Notes: generated by a model from the letters alone, not told the origin. A stretch of 64,000 nt of DNA from Cenarchaeum sp. (GCA_965242695.1 CBDESU010000001.1:640001-704000); one strand, 5' to 3'; numbered from the stretch's first letter, positions 20,501-31,287 are shown. Translations and numbers: made by a program.

Positions 20501-23500
20501 CGAGATCAAGGCAGGATTCGTGTGTACGATCCTAGTGACCTGCGTGGAGGTGTGAACGAGTCCGCAACACAACTCGGAGATCGCCATCTCACTGTGCGTG
20601 AAATATTGCAGAACGGCACCATCAGTAGTATCGGTGCCAATGCCGAGGCATTCATTGACGAATTCGGTTCACGGGGTCAGCATACGTGGCAACTGTGGAG
20701 TCCGCGTGGAGTTGCTCTTGGGCCGCCGGACGACCGTACCGGCGATGTTCGTGTCTATGTGGCGGATACAACTGGCGTCAAAATGTATGAAAAAGACCGC
20801 ATGGCGCCACATGTTCAATCGGTGTGGGCACACACGAATGACGGGACGGTGGTAGCAGGCGACACGGTCGAGATTGCCGTGAACTTTTCCGAGCGCGTTA
20901 CGGTGACGGGCACCCCGGTGCTAGCGCTTGCGACAGGCGAGGTGGATTCGAGTGCAACATATGTGTCGGGATCGGGTAGCCACACGCTCACGTTTAACTA
21001 CACAATCACCGTTGGCAACACTTCGTCATATATTGACTATGAGGGAATTGGATCACTATCACTGTCTAGTGAAAGCGGCGATCTACCTGCGGTCATAGCC
21101 GACGGGAGCGGGAATGTGGCCGACTTGGCTTTACCAAGACGAGGAACCGCATCATCACTTGCGGCAAATGCGGCCCTGTGGATTGGCACGAGCTTGGCTG
21201 ACACGCCACCATTCAAAATCGAGGCATTGCCGCCGCTTATGGCTGTTGAACACCAGCAGGTTAGGTTTGCCGTGAAGATGGCCGATGGCAGTGCTCCTGC
21301 TGCCGAAGGATCATACTCGATGACTGGTGCCCCCTCGGGTGCCGTGATGTCGCCTAATGGTACATTCACATGGATCCCAAATGAAGTTGATAACGGATTG
21401 CATGCTTTTACTGTGAGTGCTTTATCGCAGGACGACCCGAATACGTCACATATGCGAACGTTTAGGATATGGATTGCTGAAGACAACACGGCGCCCAAAA
21501 TCGACTCCGTGTATGACCGGCGTGCATCTGCGCTATCTGAGATGCGGTTTGACATCGTTGCAACCGACGAAGATCTCCCTGCACAACCCTTGGAATATCG
21601 GCTGACAAGTGACCCGCTCACCTTCGCCACGGTTTTACCTAATGGCACGTTCGTGTGGACGCCATCAGAGTACGATGTAGGTACCACCGCATTCAAGGTA
21701 AACGTCACTGACAAGTTGGACGGAAGCGGCGAGCAGGGCTCTTCAACGGTGGCAGAATTTAGTATGGTAGTCGGCCCCGATTCGCCATCCTCGCCACTCC
21801 GCGTGTATGCACTGGTGACCAACGGATCCGGCGACGCACAAATACCCGTGTACGTGGCCAATCAGACCATCAGCATCGCAATGGACTTTTCCGAGCCGGT
21901 CGTAGTCCGATCTGGATCCGACGGCGGCGCACCGTACCTTGAGTTGCGCACCGGCGCGGCAGGCGAAGCCCGCGCTCCCTACGACTCTGGCAGCGGCACG
22001 AAGACGCTCGTGTTTGCGTACACGGTGCGCGACGGCGATGCGGCCGACCGCCTGTCGTACGCAGGAGCGGGCGCGCTGGCCCTCAACGGCAGCACGATAA
22101 CAGTCTTGAACTCTGGCGAGACGGCGTCGACTACACTGCCAGAGACGGGGGCACTTGGCTCGCTTTCCGACTCTAGCCTCATACGGATTGATGCAGTGCG
22201 ACCCGCCGTCGAGTCGGTCTATGCACTGGCCAGCGACGGGACGTACGACGAGGGCGCGCAGGTCGACATAGCCGCCAGGTTCAGCGAAAACGTGACCATT
22301 GCAGGATCCCCTGCGATCGCGCTGGAGACTGGTGCGACGGACCGCGACGCGATGTACCTCTCGGGCAACTCTACTGATACGCTGACGTTCCGCTACACGG
22401 TGCAGGCCGGCGACAACGCATCCCGCTTAGACTATACCGGCACGGATGCGCTCAGGACCGGCGCCGGAGGGTCCATTCGTGACGGGGTGGGGAACGACGC
22501 CGTCCTGGCACTGCCCGCCCCTGGAGGCCAGGGCTCACTCGGGCACAACTCAAACATTACGATCGGCATTGCAACTAGGAACGAAACGGTCGACAACACC
22601 GTGACGCTGAACATCGGTCGGGGCGGTGACACGGGGCTGATTAGCGTAGTTGACAGTGGCGACATGGCACGCATCACGCTAAACTTGAGGGGTGTTACTG
22701 GCCTGGGCGGCTCGGGCACTGCGACGTTCCCGTCGGACGGAGTCACCATAAACGCGTCGTTCGCATCCGTGGCGTTTCCGCCTGGTGTGACGGCCATGTC
22801 GGTTCCAGCCGACAACCTGCTCGTCCTATACGTTGTGGACGGCGTGCCGGACAATTCCAGCATGCAGAGGGTTCTCGGCTACGACGGCTCCAACCCTGTC
22901 GTCATCCAGCGGATCGTCGAGATCGGCGACGAGGACGGCCGCATCGAGTTCGACTCGCCCGTCCGCATATTGCTGGATGGGCTGGCCGGCGGCCGGGCTT
23001 TCTACGTCGACGGGGCCGGAGGAGCGATAACGCCCATCGACAGGGCATGCGCGGCCGACGACCTGCAGAGGGTGCAGCGCCAGCTTGACGGCGCGGGCGA
23101 GTGCCAGCTGGACTCGGACGGCGGCGACAAGATCATCTACACATACCACCTGACGCAGTTCGGCACCGTGCTGTCGGTGAGCGATGTGCCGGCGGTCCCC
23201 GACCATACATGCTCGATGCGCCTGGCACTCTCGAGCCTGGGTGTGGGGGATGCGAGGCCGGGAGTCGACTCGCCAGCCGCCTCGCAGACGGTGGTCAACT
23301 CGGGATCGCTGCCGTTCGACCGCATCGAGCTAGAGGCGACCCCGTGGTACGTCGACCTGGGCGGTGCAGAGCCCGGCCCCGACACGCGATCGCTAAACGC
23401 CTCGATCACGGAGGTGCGCGAGGAAGAGGGCGGCGCCTACAGGACGGTCTACTCGAGGGGGACTGCAGTGGCAGACGGGCTCGGGGGAGGACTGGAGGCG

Positions 23501-23605
23501 CCGCTGTGGTTCAGGCTCAACCTGGCTACCCACGGCGACGTGCACGGCGTCGATCTCACGCAGTACGTCACGTACGTGGCCGAGTGTGGAGGCCCTGCGG
23601 GGTAG
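17507..23605 (+). CDS. Giant secreted/surface protein: HExxH metallopeptidase-like domain, NHL-type propeller, Ig/cadherin-like repeats, shared C-terminal module
   Basis: N-terminal hydrophobic helix; TILHEFGHH..WGEGWA; GNGEFRIPYGI..VADSANSRIQ; SGSG..TL.F.YTV repeats. Exact start uncertain. Confidence 0.85.
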   Translation: MYHQPRSVYQRPTASRARAGLAKRNSSAAGRGGGDAGAASLSSIMGAAPSPIKEEAFEAHLSDGKMRRFVLYATVLVAALSLTMVISLVDVNQSALSWDGGLTLLPYAAAHVASGSSVDKGGITGGDHAAEHALHRPVERLLHPSALSLSWYPPVGGGIAELVFTVTYAGDMRQGNSDTQESIAPPVVRLDVAGSEYTDLYRVTNITSNIGTIAPDVFEPYDPETETVKADLGATYTVRALVEFVAEDFVPVYAVGFDGDVVTVVVAASELVSMPYSEYVTMHQDYLDNEPDTPAPGYASRAGAFATEKKRVDDHLESSLQLPPSSPSTRLGESSMQHTFNATGTVMGENATGELVPVHGIGVCVYDRTSPSDYTLLNTTAGEPACNYTDTSGRYEILRVNGADPDDMTSADVFVSVESHGYGGAIDLWLYDLDYGVDWYYTDSDTESDYSGALLVKDFDLRDDDRDDDGMAGAARIIDAISDGMAFFEVYGQDPTHLTVMWNHMDGSRAFSGFSGIFDDGAYYTRSTATIFLDGNSSKTSDDSRGRYTILHEFGHHIHYVHDPDFEQDCQEHYLDEKYDEACAWGEGWAGLVPHLVDEGDELPDGVDGIRVNIEAGLDIYPDKTLSFDTFEASGRPVGEKVEGSVAAAMWDMIDDAVDPIYDTSKPGRPEGADDMSSGVDGLLGVFFADTYDNFADFYDRWEIDMRSASAESVAILHGMSFAIPSNTSYYEFIDELDGVFKYGGVSDLPFMPNYVDISHDGSTVAVTSVFGHGIQIIDAETGAHKNLHSAYGYDYACLLEANPSVCLNDHTARGTANLGLGGFSSMDGISFGLNSSVLLVSDKFQNRVQVIGSDGRPNGEFGTTGDGNGEFRIPYGITFLKDNMTVAVADSANSRIQTFEVGNNGHVEYNSQFESYNTEGNPSRNIWQQLATGPDGALYAAGYMPPSLMPPSTRIPPSMWIYPTPHDTSTATRIDDLSMINLGGIAVDHGGLVYVSDRDQGRIRVYDPSDLRGGVNESATQLGDRHLTVREILQNGTISSIGANAEAFIDEFGSRGQHTWQLWSPRGVALGPPDDRTGDVRVYVADTTGVKMYEKDRMAPHVQSVWAHTNDGTVVAGDTVEIAVNFSERVTVTGTPVLALATGEVDSSATYVSGSGSHTLTFNYTITVGNTSSYIDYEGIGSLSLSSESGDLPAVIADGSGNVADLALPRRGTASSLAANAALWIGTSLADTPPFKIEALPPLMAVEHQQVRFAVKMADGSAPAAEGSYSMTGAPSGAVMSPNGTFTWIPNEVDNGLHAFTVSALSQDDPNTSHMRTFRIWIAEDNTAPKIDSVYDRRASALSEMRFDIVATDEDLPAQPLEYRLTSDPLTFATVLPNGTFVWTPSEYDVGTTAFKVNVTDKLDGSGEQGSSTVAEFSMVVGPDSPSSPLRVYALVTNGSGDAQIPVYVANQTISIAMDFSEPVVVRSGSDGGAPYLELRTGAAGEARAPYDSGSGTKTLVFAYTVRDGDAADRLSYAGAGALALNGSTITVLNSGETASTTLPETGALGSLSDSSLIRIDAVRPAVESVYALASDGTYDEGAQVDIAARFSENVTIAGSPAIALETGATDRDAMYLSGNSTDTLTFRYTVQAGDNASRLDYTGTDALRTGAGGSIRDGVGNDAVLALPAPGGQGSLGHNSNITIGIATRNETVDNTVTLNIGRGGDTGLISVVDSGDMARITLNLRGVTGLGGSGTATFPSDGVTINASFASVAFPPGVTAMSVPADNLLVLYVVDGVPDNSSMQRVLGYDGSNPVVIQRIVEIGDEDGRIEFDSPVRILLDGLAGGRAFYVDGAGGAITPIDRACAADDLQRVQRQLDGAGECQLDSDGGDKIIYTYHLTQFGTVLSVSDVPAVPDHTCSMRLALSSLGVGDARPGVDSPAASQTVVNSGSLPFDRIELEATPWYVDLGGAEPGPDTRSLNASITEVREEEGGAYRTVYSRGTAVADGLGGGLEAPLWFRLNLATHGDVHGVDLTQYVTYVAECGGPAG

Positions 23606-23665
23606 CGGTAGGCGCGGCGGCCGCGCCGCTGACATGCGCGCGGCGGCGGTCACGATGGGCTTAAT

Positions 23666-26600
23666 ATGGCGCGCTGGCGGCGCTGGTTTGAGGGGCAGCA
23701 AGCGGTGACGTTACCGACAGCATGCGCAGGATCGCGCAAGGCGGGAGCAGACACGGCAGGGGGCGCCGGGCCGGCTAGGGGCATCCTTGCCGGGATCCGC
23801 AACTATGCACTGTGCGCGATCGCCTTGGCCGCAACCTTGTCTGTGGCCGCGGCCGTGTCGTTGCCCGATGTGGCGCAGCCGGCATCGACATGGCACGGAG
23901 GTGCGACGCTCCTGCCGCTTGCCGCGGCGCATGTGGCCGGCGGGCCGGATATGGAAGGGAGCGGCATCGCCGGCGTAGACAATGCAATGCGGCATGCGCT
24001 CCACAGGCCTGCCGAGGCCCATCTCCATCCGAGCACGCTGGCCCTGTCCGAGTACCCTGCGGTCGGCGGGGGGATGGCGGAGCTGGTCTTCGCGGTGACC
24101 TATGCGGGGGACATGCGGCAGGGCGGCACGGGCGGCGCGCAGGGGCCGGCCGAGCCGCCCATCGTCCGCCTTGACGTCACCGGATCAGAGCATGCCGACC
24201 TGTACCGCGTCACGAACATCGAGTCGAACATCGGGACGGCGGCCCCCGACGTCTTCGAGCCGTACGACTTTGAGGCCGAGACGGCCAGGGCCGAGCAGGG
24301 CGCCACGTACACGGTGCGGGCCACGATCGAGTTCGCCGCCGAGGGGTTCATACCCGTATACGCCGTCGGGTTTGACGGCGACATTGTGACGGTAAATGTG
24401 GCCGCCTCTGCGATCACGTCGATGCCGTATGTCGAGTACGTGGCCACGCAGCAGGACTATCTCGACGCCGCTTCAGACGAGCCGTCGCCCAGCCCCACAA
24501 CGAATGCAGGCGCACCTGCGCTGGTAAAGCATGAGGATGGCGATACCATTGCACTGCGCGCCTCTGCGCCTCCCCTCCTGCCGTCCCCTGGACCCGCTCC
24601 CCTTGCGGAATCTGGCATGATGCCGCCTATGTTCAACGTGACCGGGACGGTGATGGTCGAGAATCTCGCTCGGAACTTCCTCCCCGTGCATGGGATCAAG
24701 GTGTGCGCGTACGACGAATCGTCGTATCGGGGCATTGACTACTACGTCCGACTGAACACGACCTCGGGCGAGCCGGCATGCGGCTATACCGACGCAAGCG
24801 GGCGGTACGGCGTCCCGGGTGTGATTGGGGCCGACTTCGTCGGCACATCTCCGGCCGATGTGTACGTCTTGGTCTCGTCGGTTGGATACGGCGGGGCGAT
24901 CACCCTCGAGAGGTATATTCCGGACACGCGGACGTACGAGCAGTACTACACTGGCTCGCCTACGGCGATCGACTACACCGGAGCCGTGCTTGTCCGCAAC
25001 TTCAACTTCTCCTACGGCTATACTGCAAACCCCGGCATGGCCGTGGCCGCAAACCCCGGCATGGCCGGAGCCGCTCAAATAATCAGCACAATATCGGACG
25101 GCATGGCCTTTTTCGAGACGTACGGCCAGGATCCTCCAAACTTGACGGTCAGGTGGAACCACGATGGCAAGGCGAGCGCATTTCCGGGCGTCGACGTCGG
25201 CGGGGCATTTTACTTGCCGGGCTTGGCGACAGTCTACCTTGATGGCGACATACTATATAGATCCGGCAGCGAGACCTTCTTGAATGCCGGCAACTCGCAC
25301 GACACCCACACGATTCTCCACGAGTTGGGACACCACATCCACCTATCCCACGATACTGGATTTGAACAGGACTGTGCTGTTCACCGAATCCATGAAAAAT
25401 ACGACGAGGCATGCGCGTGGGGCGAGGGGTGGGCCCAGCTCGTGCCGCACTTGGTCAACGACAATGCCGAAGTGGCGAGGGGGGTGAATGGCCTTCGGTA
25501 CAACCTAGAGGCAGGTCACACTGTCAGGCCGGGCGGACTCAATGTCACATTTGGCACGTTTGAAGCATCGGGTCGCCCCATAGGCGAAAAGGTCGAGGGA
25601 TCGGTTGCCGCCGCAATGTGGGACATGGCTGACGATGAGGTGGATGGTGTCTATGACCGTCCTAGGCCGGGAAGGCCGGCAGGTGCCGACAACTCGTCCG
25701 CTGGCGTGGACGACTTGTTAGGCGTGTTCTTCGGCGGCACGTACGACACGTTTGCCGACTTTTACGACCGGTGGGAGATTGACATGCGGCGCGACTCTGC
25801 CGAGGATATTGCAATCCTGCACGGCATGTCGTTTGCGATACCGTCCAACACGTCGTACTATGGGTTCGCCGGCGAGCTTGACGGCGTATCGCAGCACAGA
25901 ATATCATACCAGGAGCAGTTCGACACCATCTACGACGTGCTAGAATTCTACACGCTGTCCAACGCAATGGTGTTCCGTCCTAACTATGTGGATGTTTCCG
26001 ACGACGGATCGACCGTTGCCATAACATCTGCACGCGGACTAGGCCTGCAGATGATCGATGCTAATACAGGCGAGCACAAGGGCCTGTACGCCACGTATGG
26101 GTACTACCACCTGTGTACGCTAGAGGCCGATCCGCTCGAATGTATGGTCGACGCTGAGAGACGCGTGACGGCAGAGCTTGGTCCGGCGGGATTTTTGAGC
26201 ATGGATGGAATTGCGTTTGGACTCAACTCGACCGTGATGGTCGTGTCGGACGGGCAGCGTGACAGCGTCCAGGTGATTGCCTCCAGAGGCGAACCCCTCG
26301 GCAGGTTCGGCACGACCGGGAACGGCACCAGCGAGTTCAACACGCCGGACGGGGTTGCATTCTTGGAGGACGATTCGATCGCGGCTGTGGCCGACGCGGC
26401 GAACGCCCGCATACAGACGTTCAAGATTGAGGGCGATGGAAGTGCCCAGTATATTAGCCAGTTCACGTCGTACAATACGGCAGGCGATCCGGCTCGACCT
26501 CTCACGACGCAGCAGCTTGCCACTGGCCACGACGGCACGCTGTATGCGGCCGGCTTTGCGCGGCCGGGCATCTGGATGTATCCGCCGGAACACGGCAGCT

Positions 26601-29600
26601 CGAATGCCACGCGCATCGACGATCCTTCGCTGCGGCGCTTGGGCGGGGTTGCAGTGGATCCTGCCGGACTCGTTTATGTCTCTGACCGTGACCAAGGCAG
26701 GGTACGGGTGTACGATCCCGGCAACCTGCGCGGAGTTGTAGTCGATGCGCCATCGGAGCGGCTTGGCGACCGCCAGCTGGCTGTGCGCCAGGTGCAGGGC
26801 GGTTCCAGCGCCGAGGCGTTCATTGACGAGTTCGGCTCGCTCGGCCGCTACACGTGGCAACTGGGAGCCCCGTTCGGCATGTCCCTCGGACCGCCTGACG
26901 CCGGCACCGGCGATGTGCGCGTCTACGTGGCCGACCTAAACGGCGTCAAGATGTACGAAAAGGACAGGGAGCCGCCGCGCGTCGCGTCAGTGTGGGCACA
27001 CACGGCCGACGGGATGGTCGTACAGGGCGACACGGTCGAGATCGCGGTGAACTTTACCGAGCGAGTCACGGTGACGGGCACGCCCATCTTGGCACTTGAG
27101 ACCGGCGCGGCGGAGTCGAACGCGACGTACGTGTCGGGATCTGGCAGCCGCACGCTCACGTTCAACTACACGGTCGGCGCCAGAGCCAACCAGTCGTACA
27201 TCGACTACGGCGGGACAGGATCGCTGATGCTGTTGCCGGGAGACGACGGCAATTCTTCTGCTACCATAATCGACGGCAGCGGGAATGCGGCCAACCTGAC
27301 CCTGCCCGAGCGCGGGACCGCGGCGTCGCTTGCGGCCAACGCGGCCCTGTGGATCAGCGCCAACCGGACGGATGTGGCGCCGTTTGGGCTTGCGGTAATT
27401 CCGCAGGTTGAGGCTGTCGAGCACCAGCGGGTCGAATTTGCCGTGTCGACTGCCAATGGCAGCGGCCCTGCCGCCGACGCCTCGTACAACATGACGGGGG
27501 GGCCTGCGGAAGCCGACATATCAGCCAACGGCACGTTCACTTGGTTGCCTGGCGAGACGGACAGCGGTATGCATGCGTTTGTAGTGCGCGCCTCGCAGCT
27601 GGGCGATGCGAACACAACGCACGCGCGCACATTCAGGATACTGGTTGCAGAGAACAACACCGCCCCCGTGGTAGACCCCGTGGCCAACATGACGGCCGTT
27701 GCGCTGTCAGAGCTGCGGTTCGACATAGGTGCGGCTGATGCAGACCTGCCGGAACAGGTCCTGTCGTACCGGCTGTCGAGCGACAGGCTCACCTTTGCCA
27801 CGGTCCTGCCCAACGGCACGTTCGTGTGGACTCCGTCGAACTACGACCTGGGCACGACCGTGTTTAACGTGACCGTTGCTGACGGACTCGGTATAGGCGT
27901 CGGAGACGGCGGGCGCGACTCTGCAACGTCTGTGGTATTCAGCGTGTATGTCGAGCCAGTGCGGCCCTCGCCCGTGTCTGTGTATGCAATGTCGCCCGAC
28001 GGGGGGAGTACAGTGGAAGATGCGCTGTACGCGGCCGGCCAGACCGTTCGGATAGCCGTAAACTTCTCCGAGCCCGTTTCAGTCCGAGCCGGCCCAGGCG
28101 GCAGCGTCCCGTACATAGAGCTAAGCATCGGCGCATCCAACTCGTCCCGCGCCGTGTACAACTCAGGCAGCGGCACGGACATGCTAGTGTTTGGATACAC
28201 GGCGGCCGAGGGGGATGAGACCGACCTCCTGTCGTACGCGGGATCCGAGGCGCTAGTCCTCAACGGAGGTACGATATCTTCCGTGGCGTCTGCGGAACTG
28301 GCGACTACGATACTACCTAGGCCGGGGTCTCCCAACTCTCTTTCGGGATCGAGCACAGTGCGGGTCGACGCGATCCGGCCGGCAGTAGAGTCCGTCTATG
28401 CGCCGGCCGGCAATATGCCGTACGACGCGGGCGGGCAGGTCGACATAGCCGTCAGGTTTGGCGAAAACGTGACCGTAACGGGCTCGCCTACGATCACACT
28501 CGAGACCGGCGCGACGGACCGCGATGCGGTGTACGATTCGGGAAACTCCGCCGACACGCTGGTGTTCCGGTACACGGTGCAGGCCGGCGACATCTCGCCC
28601 CTGCTAGACTACACCGGCACGGATGCGCTCAGGGCAGGCGCCGGGTCGTCCATCCGGGACGCGGCCGGCAACGACGCCGACCTGACGTTGCCGGCCCCTG
28701 GCGCCAACGGCTCGATTGCCGCGAGCGCCCACATCTCGATAGGCGGCGGCGGACAAGAATGGACAGGGGATCTGAATGTGACGCTGAACATAATGCCTGG
28801 CGGCATTCCGGGCACCGGCAACGTGACGGGAGGCGGGAACGAAACACAGGTCATGCTCAACGTGACGCACATTGCCGCCGACACCGGCAACGGCACCGAC
28901 ACCGGCAACGGCACCGACACCGGCAACGGCACCGACACCGGGACGGGCGATGTCACTGCAACGTTCCCATCCGGCGGAGCCACCGTAAACGCAACGTTCG
29001 CGACCGTGACGTTCCCGCCGGGCGCGACGGCCACATCCGTCCCCGCACATGGCGTGCTCGTCATGCGCGTTGTGAATGAGGACGACACGGACAACCTAGA
29101 TGTGCAGGACGTACTGGCTTACGACGGCTCCAACCGTGTCGTTGTGCAGAGGGTCGTCGAGATAGGCGAGGCGGACGGCCGCGTCGACTTTGACATGCCC
29201 GTCCGCATATCCCTTGACGGCCAGGCCGGAGGCCGCGCATTCTACATCGAGGCCAACAACACGCCGATAACTCCCATCGACCTGGCATGCGCCGCCGACG
29301 ACCTGGAGAGGGTTCACCGCCAGCTGGACGGTGAGGGCGAGTGCCAGATGGACTCGGCGGACGGCGCCGACAAGATCATCTACACGTACCACCTGACATG
29401 GTTCGGCACCGTGCTCTCGGAGAGCGGCGCGCCTGCGGCCCCCGACCACACGTGCTCGGCGCGCCTTGCCTACCAGAGCTTGGGCGTGGAGGCCAGGCCG
29501 GGCGTCTACTCGCCGGCCGACTCGCAGACGGTCATCAACTCGGGATCGCTGCCGTTCAGCAGCGTCGGGCTGAATGCGACCCCGTGGTACGTCAACATGA

Positions 29601-29848
29601 GCGGTCCGCAGCCCGGACCAGACACCCAGAGGCTGCCGTCCAACATCTCCGAGGTGAGCGAGGACGGGGGCGCGTACAGGGCGGTCGAGAACGGGACGGC
29701 CGTGGCGGGCGGACTCGGGGGCGGGCTAGAGAGGCCGCTGCAGTTCAAGGTGAACCTGGCGGCCCTTGGCAGCGGCGTGCAAAGCGGCGATCTCACCCAG
29801 TACATCACGTACGTGGCAGAGTGCGGCTACCCTGCCGGGCAGCAGTAG
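23666..29848 (+). CDS. Tandem paralog of the giant metallopeptidase/NHL/Ig surface protein
   Basis: Colinear with 17507..23605; TILHELGHH; DTGNGT x3 linker. Exact start uncertain. Confidence 0.85.
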   Translation: MARWRRWFEGQQAVTLPTACAGSRKAGADTAGGAGPARGILAGIRNYALCAIALAATLSVAAAVSLPDVAQPASTWHGGATLLPLAAAHVAGGPDMEGSGIAGVDNAMRHALHRPAEAHLHPSTLALSEYPAVGGGMAELVFAVTYAGDMRQGGTGGAQGPAEPPIVRLDVTGSEHADLYRVTNIESNIGTAAPDVFEPYDFEAETARAEQGATYTVRATIEFAAEGFIPVYAVGFDGDIVTVNVAASAITSMPYVEYVATQQDYLDAASDEPSPSPTTNAGAPALVKHEDGDTIALRASAPPLLPSPGPAPLAESGMMPPMFNVTGTVMVENLARNFLPVHGIKVCAYDESSYRGIDYYVRLNTTSGEPACGYTDASGRYGVPGVIGADFVGTSPADVYVLVSSVGYGGAITLERYIPDTRTYEQYYTGSPTAIDYTGAVLVRNFNFSYGYTANPGMAVAANPGMAGAAQIISTISDGMAFFETYGQDPPNLTVRWNHDGKASAFPGVDVGGAFYLPGLATVYLDGDILYRSGSETFLNAGNSHDTHTILHELGHHIHLSHDTGFEQDCAVHRIHEKYDEACAWGEGWAQLVPHLVNDNAEVARGVNGLRYNLEAGHTVRPGGLNVTFGTFEASGRPIGEKVEGSVAAAMWDMADDEVDGVYDRPRPGRPAGADNSSAGVDDLLGVFFGGTYDTFADFYDRWEIDMRRDSAEDIAILHGMSFAIPSNTSYYGFAGELDGVSQHRISYQEQFDTIYDVLEFYTLSNAMVFRPNYVDVSDDGSTVAITSARGLGLQMIDANTGEHKGLYATYGYYHLCTLEADPLECMVDAERRVTAELGPAGFLSMDGIAFGLNSTVMVVSDGQRDSVQVIASRGEPLGRFGTTGNGTSEFNTPDGVAFLEDDSIAAVADAANARIQTFKIEGDGSAQYISQFTSYNTAGDPARPLTTQQLATGHDGTLYAAGFARPGIWMYPPEHGSSNATRIDDPSLRRLGGVAVDPAGLVYVSDRDQGRVRVYDPGNLRGVVVDAPSERLGDRQLAVRQVQGGSSAEAFIDEFGSLGRYTWQLGAPFGMSLGPPDAGTGDVRVYVADLNGVKMYEKDREPPRVASVWAHTADGMVVQGDTVEIAVNFTERVTVTGTPILALETGAAESNATYVSGSGSRTLTFNYTVGARANQSYIDYGGTGSLMLLPGDDGNSSATIIDGSGNAANLTLPERGTAASLAANAALWISANRTDVAPFGLAVIPQVEAVEHQRVEFAVSTANGSGPAADASYNMTGGPAEADISANGTFTWLPGETDSGMHAFVVRASQLGDANTTHARTFRILVAENNTAPVVDPVANMTAVALSELRFDIGAADADLPEQVLSYRLSSDRLTFATVLPNGTFVWTPSNYDLGTTVFNVTVADGLGIGVGDGGRDSATSVVFSVYVEPVRPSPVSVYAMSPDGGSTVEDALYAAGQTVRIAVNFSEPVSVRAGPGGSVPYIELSIGASNSSRAVYNSGSGTDMLVFGYTAAEGDETDLLSYAGSEALVLNGGTISSVASAELATTILPRPGSPNSLSGSSTVRVDAIRPAVESVYAPAGNMPYDAGGQVDIAVRFGENVTVTGSPTITLETGATDRDAVYDSGNSADTLVFRYTVQAGDISPLLDYTGTDALRAGAGSSIRDAAGNDADLTLPAPGANGSIAASAHISIGGGGQEWTGDLNVTLNIMPGGIPGTGNVTGGGNETQVMLNVTHIAADTGNGTDTGNGTDTGNGTDTGTGDVTATFPSGGATVNATFATVTFPPGATATSVPAHGVLVMRVVNEDDTDNLDVQDVLAYDGSNRVVVQRVVEIGEADGRVDFDMPVRISLDGQAGGRAFYIEANNTPITPIDLACAADDLERVHRQLDGEGECQMDSADGADKIIYTYHLTWFGTVLSESGAPAAPDHTCSARLAYQSLGVEARPGVYSPADSQTVINSGSLPFSSVGLNATPWYVNMSGPQPGPDTQRLPSNISEVSEDGGAYRAVENGTAVAGGLGGGLERPLQFKVNLAALGSGVQSGDLTQYITYVAECGYPAGQQ

Positions 29849-29982
29849 CGGCCACGGCGACGCGATCGCGCAGGCGCATGGGGGCGCGGTACCGCGCCGC
29901 CGGCCCGCGGGCCAGCTATTACTGACCACGGGTCAAAAAACATAGACAACGGCCGTTAACGTGCGCGGGGACGTGACGGGGC

Positions 29983-31287
29983 ATGAATGCCCCTGTCCTG
30001 CGCACGGCGGTAGCAGTTGCGGCCGCCGTTGCCGTCGCACTAGGAGGCGCGGCCGTACAGCCGGCCGAGGCCGCCGTACTGTGGGACCTCGTGGTAGAGG
30101 TCGACGTGGTCAACGCCCCGCTCGCCGAGGGGCAGGGGCCGGCCGTGCGCGGCACGGTGCTCGACCACGCCGGCGACCCCGTGGCCGGCGCAGCGGTGCA
30201 GGTCCGGACGGGCCACGGCGCCGCATCCGTGGTTGCGGCGCCCAACGGGACGTTTGCGCACGAGTTCGGGCCGCAGGCGCTCCTGCCAGGCGAGCACAGC
30301 GTCCATGTCGTGGCCACGGCCTCTTCGAACCGCATGGGGGTGGCAAGCGCCAGCTACCGCGTCGACGGCGACCTGACGCTCTCGTCGCACACGGCGCAGC
30401 TTCTCGCCACGCCCGAGGCGCAGAGGTACCTTGCGGCCGATCCGGCCGCCCTTGCCGGCGACCCGATAGGGATGCGCCTGTACGACTACTACCAGCGGCT
30501 CAGGGCGCAGCATGCGAGCGAAGAGGCCGGGCAGAGGGAGATCGACGGCCGGGCGGCCGAGTTCGACGAGGAGCGCATGATCGCCGACAACAGCACGCGG
30601 GCGGCCCTCGCCGAGCGGCACATGTCGGACGGCACGCTGAGCGGGTCCAGGATGGACTGGTTCCTGGGGAGCCTGGACCCGTCGATCCGCACCGTCGTCG
30701 CGCAGCAGATCAACTTTACGACCGGCGTGTTCGAGAGCGCAAGGGCCGCCATGCAGGAGGTGCTCGCTCGGGGAGGCAGCATAAAGGAGGCCCGCGCGGC
30801 CTACCTAGAGGCGGCGACCGTGCCAAAGAGCGTCATCGAGGACCTGGAGCTCGCCGAGAGGTACGGCGCCTGGTCGATAGTCGGGGGGCTGAACCTGTCG
30901 GCCGCAAGGGGGGAGGAAGCCGAGAACTCGACGGCCCCGCCCGATCCTGCCGACGGCGATGCGGCCGCTCCCACCAACTCGACGTCCCCGCACCTGCCGC
31001 CCTCTCCGGCCCCGTCGACTCCGGCCGCTCCCACCAACTCGACGTCCCCGCACCTGCCGCCCTCTCCGGCCCCGTCGACTCCGGCCGCTCCCACCAACTC
31101 GACGTCCCCGCATCCGCAGCCCCTGCCCGCCGCTCCCGCCAATTCCACCTCGCCGCAGCCCGCCGCTCCGCCTCCCGCCGCCCGAATAGAGGTAGTCCAG
31201 AGCGGGACGACGATCGTGCTCAACATCAACGGCACGGCCACCGAGTTTGTCGTCAACGGGACGAACGTGGTCCAAAAGGGGCCGTAG
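29983..31287 (+). CDS. Secreted hypothetical protein with Ig-like N-terminus and Pro/Ser/Thr 20-aa repeats
   Basis: Signal peptide; VRGTVLDHAGDPVAGAAV; 60-bp repeats at about 30962-31112. Confidence 0.75.
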   Translation: MNAPVLRTAVAVAAAVAVALGGAAVQPAEAAVLWDLVVEVDVVNAPLAEGQGPAVRGTVLDHAGDPVAGAAVQVRTGHGAASVVAAPNGTFAHEFGPQALLPGEHSVHVVATASSNRMGVASASYRVDGDLTLSSHTAQLLATPEAQRYLAADPAALAGDPIGMRLYDYYQRLRAQHASEEAGQREIDGRAAEFDEERMIADNSTRAALAERHMSDGTLSGSRMDWFLGSLDPSIRTVVAQQINFTTGVFESARAAMQEVLARGGSIKEARAAYLEAATVPKSVIEDLELAERYGAWSIVGGLNLSAARGEEAENSTAPPDPADGDAAAPTNSTSPHLPPSPAPSTPAAPTNSTSPHLPPSPAPSTPAAPTNSTSPHPQPLPAAPANSTSPQPAAPPPAARIEVVQSGTTIVLNINGTATEFVVNGTNVVQKGP

